From: Longimicrobiales bacterium
GTDB taxonomy: Bacteria > Gemmatimonadota > Gemmatimonadetes > Longimicrobiales > Gaopeijiaceae
DNA length: 64,000 nucleotides
Reading direction: 5' to 3'
Assembly: GCA_965202805.1 (NCBI GenBank)
Contig: OZ241869.1
Location: forward strand, 3,904,001 to 3,968,000
This document shows positions 18,858-28,460 of this stretch, piece after piece. The translations under genes and the position numbers were made by a program. The notes beneath the pieces are model-generated. The model was not told the DNA's origin. It saw nothing but the letters and a program-made list of their open reading frames with translations, and searched no databases. Within the stretch, counting starts at the first letter, position 1. Every line of letters begins with the position of its first letter.

Positions 18858-20276
18858 TCAGCTCTTCTCCGTTAGCCTCAGCGGAGGATTCCACTCGCCG
18901 ACTCCGGGCAGGCGCCGCCCCCAGGTGTTGCCGTAGGGATCGCCCCGTTCCAGCAGGAAGCGGAGGATGAGCCGGTGCAGCATGTTCATCTTCGGCAGCA
19001 GCCCGTGGAAGCCCGCGGCGGCGGCCAGCGCCCGGTCGCGGATCTCCCAGTACCCGAAGTCGCCCGGTGTGACGCACACCACTCGCGCCTCGTCCAGGAA
19101 GGGCGGGATGGCGCCCTCGAGCGGGACCGTTCCGTCACCGGTGTCGCGCCGGTCGCCCTCGATGTCGGAGTCCCAATGGTTCCGCCTTTCCGCGCCCCTC
19201 AGGTCGAATCGCGGGAAACCGTTCTCGTCTCGCGCCACCCTGAGGCCTACACGGGTCTTCGAGTCGACGCCCGCTATGGCGAGCCAGTCGTCCGCGGCGA
19301 CCGTGATGCCGGGCGGGCCCGTTTCCAGCGCCCCGGCACCTCCGGGCATTGGCGCATCTTCCGACGCCCCGGTCTCCGGCGCTCCGGCCGCCCGAGGCGC
19401 CGCGCCACGCGACAGCTCCAGCCCCGAGATACGCTCACGGTGTGCCCGCGCCTCGTCGAGCATCTTCCGAAAGAGCTCTGCCCCGGTCACGTCCCAGTCC
19501 CGGACCTCATGCCCGATGGTCTGCACCACGTTCGGCTGCCAGGCGTCCGGCCGGAAGAAGTTCACCGCCATGCTCCCGTGGGAGGCGACCGGCCCCGCAG
19601 ACTCCGGCAGCAGATGGTAGAGGGCGGGCGTCATCCGGGCCATGCGCCGCTCCCGCGCCTTTCCCGAGTCGTCCCCGAGTTCGCTGGTCCCGGTGGCCAC
19701 CTTGAGGATCGCCTCGTACGAGCCCCGGAAGGGCGTCCCCAGCGTCACTACCTTGTCGACGAGGGCGCCGCTGCCCGCGGGACGCCCGATGCGCCCGGCG
19801 ACAAGGCGCTCGATGTACCCGGCGATGATGAGTCCGCCCATCGAGTGACCGATCAGCGAGACCGTGGGGCTTGCGCGAAACGCCTCGTCGTCCCGGTAGT
19901 GCCGCATCAGCAGCGTTCGCTCGATGACCTCGCGCACGAACGCGGCCAGCCGCTCCTCGGTCCAGTCCAGCGGCATGCGCCAGTCGTACCCGAAGGGAAA
20001 CACCGGCACGGGGCCGGGCTGATCCTCGGAGAGCCCGTCGCGCAGCTCCTCGATCAGGTCCTCGTAGACGAGCGGGAAGGGGCCGCGGGGCATGACCCGG
20101 GCCGGCTCGCGCAGCTCGTATCGCTGGTCCGCCGGGTGGAGCGTGATCCGGTCGTAGCGACGCTTGAGGACCGTGGTCCAGACGGCTTCGGGCGGCAACT
20201 CGTACTCGTCGTGGAGATCCGACGCCGTGATCCCGGGGATGACGATGACGGGTGAGATGGGCATGGGGGCAGGCAC
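18858..20276 (-). CDS. Alpha/beta hydrolase, lecithin:cholesterol acyltransferase (LCAT)/lipase-like
   Basis: VIVIPGI oxyanion motif, FGYDWR, GHSMGG nucleophile elbow, LGTPFRGS, GDGTVP, FHGLLP. Confidence 0.8.
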   Translation of the reverse strand: MPAPMPISPVIVIPGITASDLHDEYELPPEAVWTTVLKRRYDRITLHPADQRYELREPARVMPRGPFPLVYEDLIEELRDGLSEDQPGPVPVFPFGYDWRMPLDWTEERLAAFVREVIERTLLMRHYRDDEAFRASPTVSLIGHSMGGLIIAGYIERLVAGRIGRPAGSGALVDKVVTLGTPFRGSYEAILKVATGTSELGDDSGKARERRMARMTPALYHLLPESAGPVASHGSMAVNFFRPDAWQPNVVQTIGHEVRDWDVTGAELFRKMLDEARAHRERISGLELSRGAAPRAAGAPETGASEDAPMPGGAGALETGPPGITVAADDWLAIAGVDSKTRVGLRVARDENGFPRFDLRGAERRNHWDSDIEGDRRDTGDGTVPLEGAIPPFLDEARVVCVTPGDFGYWEIRDRALAAAAGFHGLLPKMNMLHRLILRFLLERGDPYGNTWGRRLPGVGEWNPPLRLTEKS

Positions 20277-20505
20277 CTGTCCTGGGTACTTGAGCCTGAG
20301 TTGACCGTACTGGACAATGGGATTTTACAAAGAGTGACCCGGAATCAGATGCACCATCCGTCGGTGTGTCAAGAGCTGCCCATGGCTCGTCCGATGTTGT
20401 CGTAATCCTGTCTGTTTCTGACGTTGCGAGCCTGCCGGTGCATCCGCCACCTTGCCCTGTATTCACGAGTCACCGATGTCTGTGCACATGGACCTGAGGA
20501 TACGA

Positions 20506-21345
20506 CTATAAATGAGCCTGTTCCTGGCGTTGCGCCTGCCCGCCGGGCGTCGGCGCGGATTCCGTCATGTGCTCCGAGACGCTTGCGGCCCATTTCCGGA
20601 ACCGGCGCTTGAGCAGGCCCGGGTCACGCCACGCCTCGGAGAGCGTGCAGCCAGCCAGTTGCTGGCCGTAGCGCTCCAGTGTGCGTCTGCCGATCCCCGC
20701 CCGTTTGGCGATGGCATCCCACTTGACCTGCGGCCGCTGTCGAACCGCCCAGAGGAGCACGGCCCAGTTCAGCAGGTGCTTGGGGCCGCAGGTGAGGGGC
20801 AGCCCTTTCCGCCAGTGGCGGCGGAAGGAGTCCGCCGAGAGGTGGAGGCTGGACGCCAGTTCGGTGACCGAATTCCCGGGAGGGTGAAGAGAGCGATCGC
20901 CGGAGAGGTTGCAGATGCGCTCGATGGCCGCGACAACCGTCCGGTGGGGCGAGCTTGCGGCGAGCATCCGGTGTCCCAGCAACCGGAGCGGATCGTCATG
21001 CCAGGGTGCGATCTCCGCGATTACGTCGACCAGGCTGTCGTCGACTTCCTCGGCCCAAACCACGTGAAGCCGGCTGGATCGAACCCTGCGAAGTCGCCGA
21101 ACACGGCTTATCGACAGCGGCGTGATCACGATGCACGCCGGCGCGAGGAGTCCCGGAGGAGACACCGCGCCAAGCCAGTTCACGTCGGCGCTGGTGCATC
21201 TGCGCAGACAGATGATCCCGGCATATGCGTTGGCGAGAAGCCTGCCAAACCTGCGACGCGATGCCGTGGGTTCCAGCCGGGCGTCACCGAGTATCCTCTC
21301 GACGGCTTCCCGAAGGGCCCGCGTCTCGTGATACAGTGGGATCAT
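20506..21345 (-). CDS. Putative transcriptional regulator, AraC-like, paralog 2
   Basis: SVTELASSLHLSADSFRRHW, CGPKHLL, WDAIAKRAGIGRRTLER. Confidence 0.6.
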   Translation of the reverse strand: MIPLYHETRALREAVERILGDARLEPTASRRRFGRLLANAYAGIICLRRCTSADVNWLGAVSPPGLLAPACIVITPLSISRVRRLRRVRSSRLHVVWAEEVDDSLVDVIAEIAPWHDDPLRLLGHRMLAASSPHRTVVAAIERICNLSGDRSLHPPGNSVTELASSLHLSADSFRRHWRKGLPLTCGPKHLLNWAVLLWAVRQRPQVKWDAIAKRAGIGRRTLERYGQQLAGCTLSEAWRDPGLLKRRFRKWAASVSEHMTESAPTPGGQAQRQEQAHL

Positions 21346-21454
21346 GGGGCGCCTTGCGGGCCGAAAAGACAAAGCTGCTTCGGGCTCATTATGAAAAGAG
21401 CTTATTTACAATATAACGATTTGATGTGTGGTTTTGCTGTGGCCATGCAGGTCA

Positions 21455-21473
21455 ATATTGTGGCGATATTGTG
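21455..21473. promoter_or_regulatory. ATATTGTG direct repeat at 11-bp period in an AT-rich divergent promoter region
   Basis: atattgtg at 21455-21462 and 21466-21473, about 35 bp upstream of the hybrid kinase ATG. Confidence 0.45.
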
Positions 21474-21506
21474 TAGTTTCGCGCCAAGAGCGCCGGGAAA
21501 AGACAG

Positions 21507-23837
21507 ATGACCGGCATCGAGGAACTCAGACGCAGGAACGAAGCACTGCGGGACCGCACCTCCAGGCTGACGGCGGCGATTCTGCGCGTCAACGCCACCC
21601 TGGACATCGATGCCGTCGTGCAGGAGATCGTGGAGAGCGCCCGCGAGCTGACGGGGGCCCGTTACGGCGTGATTACGACCATAGGCGACCGGGGACAGGT
21701 CCAGGACTTCGTCTGCTCCGGTCTTTCGCCGGAGGAGCTGAGGCGGATGTTGAAGTGGCCCGAGGGGCCGCGATTCCACGAACACCATCGGATCCTCGCT
21801 CGACCGCTGCGAGTGGCGGACCTGCCCGGCTACCTTCAGTCGCTGGGCTTCGCCCCGCACACCTGGCGCGCGAACACCTTGCAGGTGACCCCGATGTACC
21901 ACCGGGGCGAGCAGGTCGGGCACTTCTTTCTCGCCGACAAGGAAGGGGAACAGGAATTCACCGGCGAGGACGAAGAGACCCTGATGTTGTTCGCGTCACA
22001 GGCGGCGATGGCCATCGCCAACGCCAGGGTCTACCGCCACGAACGCCGGGCCCGGACCAACCTGGAGGCGCTGATCGATACCTCGCCGGTGGGCGTTGCG
22101 GTCCTCGACGCCCGAACGGCCGAGTTCACGGTGTTGAACCGGGAGGCGAGGGCGCTCGGCGAGCGTCTCGGTCCCATGCTTGCGGATGTGCTTGAGGGGA
22201 TGACGTGTCGGTTCAGTGACGGGCGTGTGGTTGCCCTGGGCGAATGCCCCCTGGCCGAGCAACTCGGCAGCGCCCGGCGGATACGCGCCGAAGAGGTCGA
22301 GTTTTCGGTATCCAACGGTCGGAGCATCAAGGCGTTGATCAACGCCACCCCGGTCCGCGGCGAAGACGGCGAAATCGAGTCGGTAATTGTCACTGCACAG
22401 GATCTGGCGCCGCTGGAGGAGCTGGAGCGGTCGCGGACCGAGTTCCTCAGCCTGGTCAGCCACGAGTTGCGCTCGCCGCTCACCTCCATCAAGGGTGCGA
22501 GCACGACCCTGCTGACGGCATCGCCCGAGCTGGATCCGGCCGAGCAGCGCGAGTTCGTCCGCATCATCGACGAGCAGGCCGACCAGATGCGCGGCCTGAT
22601 CGGCGATCTTCTGGAAGCCGGGCGCATCGACTCGGGCACGCTGTCGATCAGGCCGGAGCCCTCCGGGTTGGGAGCCCTGGTCGACCGCGCGCGGAATACG
22701 TTCCTGAGCGGCGGCGGCCGTCACGCCATCCTCATCGACCTGCCCGCGGACCTGCCCCCGGTGATGGCCGACCGCCGGCGCATCGTGCAGGTCCTGAACA
22801 ACCTGCTCACCAACGCCGCCCGCCACTCACCGGAGTCGTCTACCATCCGGGTCGAGGCGATGCGTGACGGCGGGCACGTAGCCATCTCGGTGGCCGACCA
22901 GGGCCGGGGCGTGGCGCCGGAGCGGTTGCCGTTCCTGTTCCGGAAGCGCACCCGCGGCGGCGGGGAGGACGAAGCGGTGCGCTACGGTCTGGGCCTGGCC
23001 ATCTGCAAGGGGCTGGTGGAGGCGCACGGAGGGCGCATCCGCGCGGAGAGCGCGGGCCCGGGGCAGGGCGCGCGCTTCACCTTCACGGTTCCGGTGATCG
23101 GGGAGACTCCGGTTGGCCCGGGCCGCGGATCTTCGAACGAATCGCCGAAAGGGCGCGAGCGCACCCGCATCCTCGTGGTCGACGACGATCCGCAGACGCT
23201 GCGCTTCGCTCGCCATGCGCTGTCACGGGCGGGGTACGCGCCGCTGGTGACGGGCGACCCGGCGGAGCTGCCGCGCCTGATCCGGATCGAGCAGCCCGCC
23301 CTTGTCCTGCTCGACCTGTTGCTTCCGGGCGCCGACGGCATCGAACTGATGGAGCAGAACCCCGAACTCTCCGGCCTGCCGGTCATCTTCATCTCTGCCT
23401 ACAGCCGGGACGAGACCATCGCCAGGGCGCTCGAGGCGGGCGCGGCCGACTACATCGTAAAGCCCTTCTCGCCGACGGAACTCGTGGCGAGGGTCCGCAC
23501 GACGCTGCGCGGGCGGGCGGAGGCCGAACCCTTCGTGTCGGGCGAGCTCCGCATCCGCTACGACCGGCGCGAGGTGAGCCTGGCCGGCTGCCGGGTCGAA
23601 CTGACCGCCACCGAGTACGAACTCCTGCGCCTGCTCTCGCTCAACGCGGGCCGGGTCGTGACCACGGAAACCCTGCTGCGCCGCATCTGGAACCGCGGCC
23701 GCGGGGGCAATTCGGAGCCGGTGCGCACCTTCGTGAAGAAACTCCGCAGGAAGCTCGGCGACGACCCTGCCAGGCCCGTCCATATCTTCACCGAGCGCGG
23801 GGTTGGGTACCGGATGGCGGAGGCGGAGGAGGGGTGA
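21507..23837 (+). CDS. Soluble hybrid two-component protein: GAF-PAS-HisKA-HATPase-REC-OmpR/PhoB wHTH
   Basis: SHELRSPL H-box, NLLTNA, DQGRGV, GLGLAI; VVDDD/LLD/KPF receiver; LTATEYELL...LRRKLGDD...TERGVGYR; no TM helices. Confidence 0.9.
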   Translation: MTGIEELRRRNEALRDRTSRLTAAILRVNATLDIDAVVQEIVESARELTGARYGVITTIGDRGQVQDFVCSGLSPEELRRMLKWPEGPRFHEHHRILARPLRVADLPGYLQSLGFAPHTWRANTLQVTPMYHRGEQVGHFFLADKEGEQEFTGEDEETLMLFASQAAMAIANARVYRHERRARTNLEALIDTSPVGVAVLDARTAEFTVLNREARALGERLGPMLADVLEGMTCRFSDGRVVALGECPLAEQLGSARRIRAEEVEFSVSNGRSIKALINATPVRGEDGEIESVIVTAQDLAPLEELERSRTEFLSLVSHELRSPLTSIKGASTTLLTASPELDPAEQREFVRIIDEQADQMRGLIGDLLEAGRIDSGTLSIRPEPSGLGALVDRARNTFLSGGGRHAILIDLPADLPPVMADRRRIVQVLNNLLTNAARHSPESSTIRVEAMRDGGHVAISVADQGRGVAPERLPFLFRKRTRGGGEDEAVRYGLGLAICKGLVEAHGGRIRAESAGPGQGARFTFTVPVIGETPVGPGRGSSNESPKGRERTRILVVDDDPQTLRFARHALSRAGYAPLVTGDPAELPRLIRIEQPALVLLDLLLPGADGIELMEQNPELSGLPVIFISAYSRDETIARALEAGAADYIVKPFSPTELVARVRTTLRGRAEAEPFVSGELRIRYDRREVSLAGCRVELTATEYELLRLLSLNAGRVVTTETLLRRIWNRGRGGNSEPVRTFVKKLRRKLGDDPARPVHIFTERGVGYRMAEAEEG

Positions 23838-23901
23838 GCGCCGTGGCGCAGACGAGGGCCCGCTGGCGGCTCGGGGAGCCGGGCCGGGTCGGGGGCACGA
23901 C

Positions 23902-26079
23902 GTGATTCGCATATCCGATGTCGGCAGTCGTCACCGAACCGTGCTCCAACTCTGCGCGGTGCTCGCCGCGGTGGCCGTGGCGAAGGGATGCGGAGACGGT
24001 GGCGACCCTGCGGAGCCTGAGTCCCGCCGTCCGACAACGGTCACTGTCAGCCCTGCTACGGCGGAACTGACCGCGCTGGGCGCAAGCGTCCAGCTGTCGG
24101 CGCGGGTGCTCGACCAGAACAGTCAGGAGATGGCGGCGACGAGCGTGACCTGGTCGAGCGACAACACCGCTGTGGCAAACGTCAACGCGACGGGGCTCGT
24201 GACCGCGACGGCCAACGGGACCGCCACCATCATGGCGACGGCAGGCCCGGCGTCGAGCACCGCAATGGTGACGGTAGCGCAGGCGGTGGCCACGGTCGCG
24301 GTCGCACCCGCAGCCGATACGTTGCTGGTCGGCGACACGCTGCGCCTGGCAACGGCAGCGGCCGATGCGAACGGCCATGCGGTGGTGGACGCCGAGTTCG
24401 CGTGGGTGTCGAGCGACACGCTGGTCGCGGTCGTGGACGATGCGGGTCTGGTAACCGGGATCGGGGCGGGCGAGGCGGAAATCACGGCCACCGCGGCGGC
24501 GGGCGGCGCATCGGGAGGAGCGGTCGTGACGGTGATGCGACGGGCTGATTCCGTCAGCGTATCGCCATCCGCGGGTACGGTCTCGGTGGGCGACACGCTT
24601 CGGCTCGTCGCGGAGGCATTCGATGAGAACGCGCACCGAGTCGAAAGCGCGGAGTTCACCTGGTCGTCGAGCGATTCGTCGGTGGCGACGGTCGACGGTT
24701 CGGGACTGGTGCGGGGAATCGCCGAAGGCGCGGCTTCCGTCACCGCCACCACGGGGAGCGCGCACGGCACCGCAGAGATCACGGTGGTCCCCCGGCGCAA
24801 GCCAGGTCCGGGCCTGGGGATCTTCGACTTCCCGATGCGGGCCATCGCGGTCTCCGGCTATTGGGGAACGAACCGTGAAGTCGTACAGCCCTGGGAAGAC
24901 GGGGGCCGACAGGGGCCGGTCCTCCCTGCCGAGTTCATCAGCTGGCTCCGGGGCATGCATGTCAACTGGGTCCTGATCTCGGTTGCGCTTCACTACGAGG
25001 ACAGCATGGACAGCTCGGTCTCGCGGGAGACCGACCGAAGTCGCAACGTCCCGACCTGGCGGGACGAGTCCCTCCGGCAAGTCATCCGCGAGTTCCGGGA
25101 ACACGGGTTCGACGTATACATGACCCTGGCTTTCGAGGCTCATGAAGCGGAGGTTTCGGCCCGGCCTCTCGACCGCGGGCAGCTTGGAGATCCGGCGCCT
25201 CCGCACACCGGCGGCGTGCCGCCAGGCGAGTGGTCGACGGGGCCGATCAAGCCGGAGAATTGGCCGTGGCGGACCACCCACCCGGATCACGAGCCATTCA
25301 CGGCCGAATTCTGGGAGACCTATACGCGGCAGGCCGAGCACTTCGCCTCCCTGGCGGAGGATGCGGGAGTGGCTCTCTTCTCTCTGGGGACCGAAACGGA
25401 TGCGCTATTCCGCACGCGGCCCGATCCCGGCTACATGATCAACGACTTTGGGGCTGAACTGCGGTCCATGGTGGACCGCGTCCGCGCGGTATACTCCGGC
25501 CGGCTGACCTACAACATGCACTACAGCACGGTCATGTACGGGGATCATTACGGTCGAGGATCGGGCGCCGGTCACCTCTGGGAGGATCTTGACCTCGATG
25601 TCGTCGGGATCAGCGGGTGGTTCCCGCTCGTGGAGAGCGCCCCGACCACGGTTCTGAGTGTGCCGGAACTGCAGGCGAGCTACGAGGCCATCTTCCAGGA
25701 CTACCTGGTGCCGCTTGCCAACCGGAATCCCGGGCGGGCAATAGTGTTCACCGAATACGGCTCGATGGATGTCGTCGAAGCTCCAGCGGACCCGAGTTCG
25801 GGCGAACGCCACTCGGAAATCAAGACACTGGTCGATCGGAACCGAAACGGATTGGATGATGGCGAGGAGGCTCAGGCCAACATCTTTGAGGCGTTCTTCC
25901 AGACCAGCACCCGCTATCCGGGCCTCGTCAACGGCGCCTTCTTCTGGGACAACTGGATCGCCACGGATGCGATGTGGGCCGAATACTGGCTCGGCAGGAG
26001 GAGCTTTGCCGCGCGCGGCAAGCTCGCCGAGGCGGTTGTGAGGGACGCCTACGCTCGCTTGGCGGGAGCCGGGCGGTAG
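23902..26079 (+). CDS. Lipoprotein with three Big_2 Ig-like repeats and a C-terminal GH113-like (clan GH-A) glycoside hydrolase domain
   Basis: Lipobox AKGC; three TVxVxP...WxSSD..VA.V...GLV units; FSLGTE, LTYN, DVVGISGWFPL, VFTEYG, GAFFW. Confidence 0.7.
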   Translation: MIRISDVGSRHRTVLQLCAVLAAVAVAKGCGDGGDPAEPESRRPTTVTVSPATAELTALGASVQLSARVLDQNSQEMAATSVTWSSDNTAVANVNATGLVTATANGTATIMATAGPASSTAMVTVAQAVATVAVAPAADTLLVGDTLRLATAAADANGHAVVDAEFAWVSSDTLVAVVDDAGLVTGIGAGEAEITATAAAGGASGGAVVTVMRRADSVSVSPSAGTVSVGDTLRLVAEAFDENAHRVESAEFTWSSSDSSVATVDGSGLVRGIAEGAASVTATTGSAHGTAEITVVPRRKPGPGLGIFDFPMRAIAVSGYWGTNREVVQPWEDGGRQGPVLPAEFISWLRGMHVNWVLISVALHYEDSMDSSVSRETDRSRNVPTWRDESLRQVIREFREHGFDVYMTLAFEAHEAEVSARPLDRGQLGDPAPPHTGGVPPGEWSTGPIKPENWPWRTTHPDHEPFTAEFWETYTRQAEHFASLAEDAGVALFSLGTETDALFRTRPDPGYMINDFGAELRSMVDRVRAVYSGRLTYNMHYSTVMYGDHYGRGSGAGHLWEDLDLDVVGISGWFPLVESAPTTVLSVPELQASYEAIFQDYLVPLANRNPGRAIVFTEYGSMDVVEAPADPSSGERHSEIKTLVDRNRNGLDDGEEAQANIFEAFFQTSTRYPGLVNGAFFWDNWIATDAMWAEYWLGRRSFAARGKLAEAVVRDAYARLAGAGR

Positions 26080-26143
26080 GCCTGATCCCGTCTCGAGCGC
26101 GTTGAGCACGGGAAGCTGGCGATAGGCGACGATCCGGGTGGTG

Positions 26144-27163
26144 TCAGCCGCGTTCCAGATTCCGGAAACGCTCGCTGACCCCGCCGTAGTGGACGATCCG
26201 CACATCCAGCCCGCTGTCCGCCAGGAGATGGAAGGCGCGCTCCATCGCAACGACGATCCAAGCGGTGCGATTCCCGAACGCGCCACCCCCCAGCTGGGTG
26301 AGGTAGACCGGCGCGCCCGGGATGCGGCGGGCGTTCTCGACGGCAGCCAGAAGCGTGCTCTCGTACGCGGCTTCGAGGATGAGCCGTGCGAACGATTCCC
26401 ACTCCGGGCTGGCGGCGGAACTGTACGACAGGGGGAGCGCCGAGCAGAAGGCCTGGGACACAAGGTGGCGGGATCCGGACCTCGTCACCTCGACGTCCCG
26501 GTGGATGCCGATGCGGAGAGCACCGCGGAGCGCGTCTCGGCCGTCTTCGTCGAGTTCGGAGAAGCGCCGGTTGAAGTGCGCCAGGGTCGACGCGGTGGGT
26601 AGCGCGTAGCCGTTGCGCATCTTCCAGAGAAGCCGGCCATCGGGGGAGAGAGCTCCGTGAACGTCGCGCAGACAGTCGATCTGTCGGCCGGTGTCCTGGC
26701 CCTCTTTGCCGTCCACCATGGCAAAGTAGTTCCGATAGACCGTGGCGGCCCCGGCGGCGATGGCGCAAGCCGGGCCCTGAGTATGGTCGTAGGCATAGCG
26801 TGTAACGCCGTCCTCGGGAGACACACGCGGCGACACCATCTCCAGCAGGTTGAACTGCGAGGCGACCTGGAAGAGCGCACCCACGTTTCGGGAGTCGGCG
26901 TGGAGGGCGCCTGCCTCGCCCACGATATTGCGGACCTGGATCGGGCCTTTGGGAGCCGGGATAACCGGAGGCTGGCCGACCGCGGACTCGCCAGCCCGCA
27001 TCCGGAGTTGGCGGAGCGATGGCGTATCGAGTACTCCGATCTCGTAGCCGGCGCCGTTGACGCGGGATCGAAGTGTGGTTCCGTCGACTTCCAAATGGGT
27101 GCGCACTTGCGCCGGGGATTGCTCCCGGAATCCGAAGAGTTCGTCGAACCAGTCGGTGTGCAT
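26144..27163 (-). CDS. Hypothetical protein, possibly macrodomain/PARG-like
   Basis: Clean 339-aa ORF; FQVASQFNLLE, DHTQGP, AAYESTL, LTQLGGGAFGN. Confidence 0.6.
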   Translation of the reverse strand: MHTDWFDELFGFREQSPAQVRTHLEVDGTTLRSRVNGAGYEIGVLDTPSLRQLRMRAGESAVGQPPVIPAPKGPIQVRNIVGEAGALHADSRNVGALFQVASQFNLLEMVSPRVSPEDGVTRYAYDHTQGPACAIAAGAATVYRNYFAMVDGKEGQDTGRQIDCLRDVHGALSPDGRLLWKMRNGYALPTASTLAHFNRRFSELDEDGRDALRGALRIGIHRDVEVTRSGSRHLVSQAFCSALPLSYSSAASPEWESFARLILEAAYESTLLAAVENARRIPGAPVYLTQLGGGAFGNRTAWIVVAMERAFHLLADSGLDVRIVHYGGVSERFRNLERG

Positions 27164-27184
27164 ATCTGTTCCCCGCGATCCGGC

Positions 27185-28354
27185 TCACGCCTGCGCTCGA
27201 AGTTCTACATTCCCAATGCGCGTCAAAGGTAGCGCCGTGATCCCGTCCGCGAGCGGGAACTCGCGTTCGCCGGGATAGACCACCCAGAGGTGTTCCAGCT
27301 CGATATCCCTGGTCACGATGCGCATCGATTTCGTGGTGCGGGGAGTCTCGGTGCACTTGAACTCGAATCCCCAGCGGCGGCCGCAGCGCAGCAACAGAAG
27401 GTCCAGTTCCGCTCCTCGCTGCGTGCCGTAGAAGTACGCGTCGCGCTGGCCGTGGGCGATCAGCGTCTGCTCCAGAGCGAATCCTTCCCAGCTGGCCCCG
27501 TATGAGGGGTGTACGGCCAGCTCGTGACTGTCTTCGAGGCCGAGCAGAAAGTGCAGGATTCCGCTGTCGCGCAGATAGACCTTGGGTGACTTGACCAGCC
27601 GCTTGCCGAGTTTCGCGAACCAGGGGCGCAGGACGCGGATCATGAAGGCGCCCTCCAGCAGATCGCGGTAGCGGTTGACCGTCCTCGCGTCCGCGTCCAT
27701 CGAGCGGGCCAGTCGCGAGGCGTTCCAGGTCTGGCCGTGAACGTGCGCCAGCATTTTCCAGAAGCGGCCGAGCGCGGCGGGTGAGACGCTGGATCCCAGT
27801 CCCGCGATATCCCGCTCCAGGCATGTTCGCGAGAACGACTCCATCCATCGCGACCAGGCGTCCGCGGAGGGAGCCAGGTAGGCGCGCGGAAAGCCGCCGC
27901 GGATCCAGAGCCGATCGAGAGACTGCGCTGTCACTTCTTCCAGCGAGAAACCGTTCGCGTCCACGAACAGGATTCTTCCGGCCAGCGACTCCGACACGCC
28001 TTTCACCGGGTCCCAGGAAACACTGCCGAGGAGAAGAAAGACCGCCCGCCGGTCCGGGTCGTCACACAAGGGTCGCAGAGCCTCGAAGAGTTGGGGAAGG
28101 CGCTGCACCTCGTCGATCACAACCAGCCCCTCGTGGCGTCCCAGCAGGCGGGCGGGAGTGCGGGAGAGCGCCTCCCGGTCGGTCGCTACCTCAAGGTCGA
28201 AGATGGTGGCGGGGCTGGGCCAGGATGCGGCGATCTGACGGGCCAGGGTGGTCTTGCCGACCTGACGGGCACCCAGCAGCGCGACCGCGGGCGATTCCGC
28301 GAGGCTGCGGGTGATCTGGAGCGCGAGCGCGGGACGAGGAGTATATTGTTGCAA
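27185..28354 (-). CDS. AAA_14 ATPase with DUF4143/PD-(D/E)xK-like C-terminus; start uncertain
   Basis: Walker A GARQVGKT, Walker B VIDEVQ, RGGFP, KSPKVYLRDSG, ELDLLL...GFEFK. Confidence 0.9.
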   Translation of the reverse strand: MQQYTPRPALALQITRSLAESPAVALLGARQVGKTTLARQIAASWPSPATIFDLEVATDREALSRTPARLLGRHEGLVVIDEVQRLPQLFEALRPLCDDPDRRAVFLLLGSVSWDPVKGVSESLAGRILFVDANGFSLEEVTAQSLDRLWIRGGFPRAYLAPSADAWSRWMESFSRTCLERDIAGLGSSVSPAALGRFWKMLAHVHGQTWNASRLARSMDADARTVNRYRDLLEGAFMIRVLRPWFAKLGKRLVKSPKVYLRDSGILHFLLGLEDSHELAVHPSYGASWEGFALEQTLIAHGQRDAYFYGTQRGAELDLLLLRCGRRWGFEFKCTETPRTTKSMRIVTRDIELEHLWVVYPGEREFPLADGITALPLTRIGNVELRAQA

Positions 28355-28460
28355 AACATGCTCTCGCTAGCCGAATTTACAACATTCTAGTTTGATCTCC
28401 TGTCGTCTGCAAGCCCTCTTCGGCGGGTGGATGTCGGCTGTCCGGAGCCACGACCACCTC

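Noticed and set aside
20277..20505. Lower-GC spacer as a small peptide gene or ncRNA
   Set aside because: No convincing RBS-ORF, conserved motif or strong stem seen; left unassigned.
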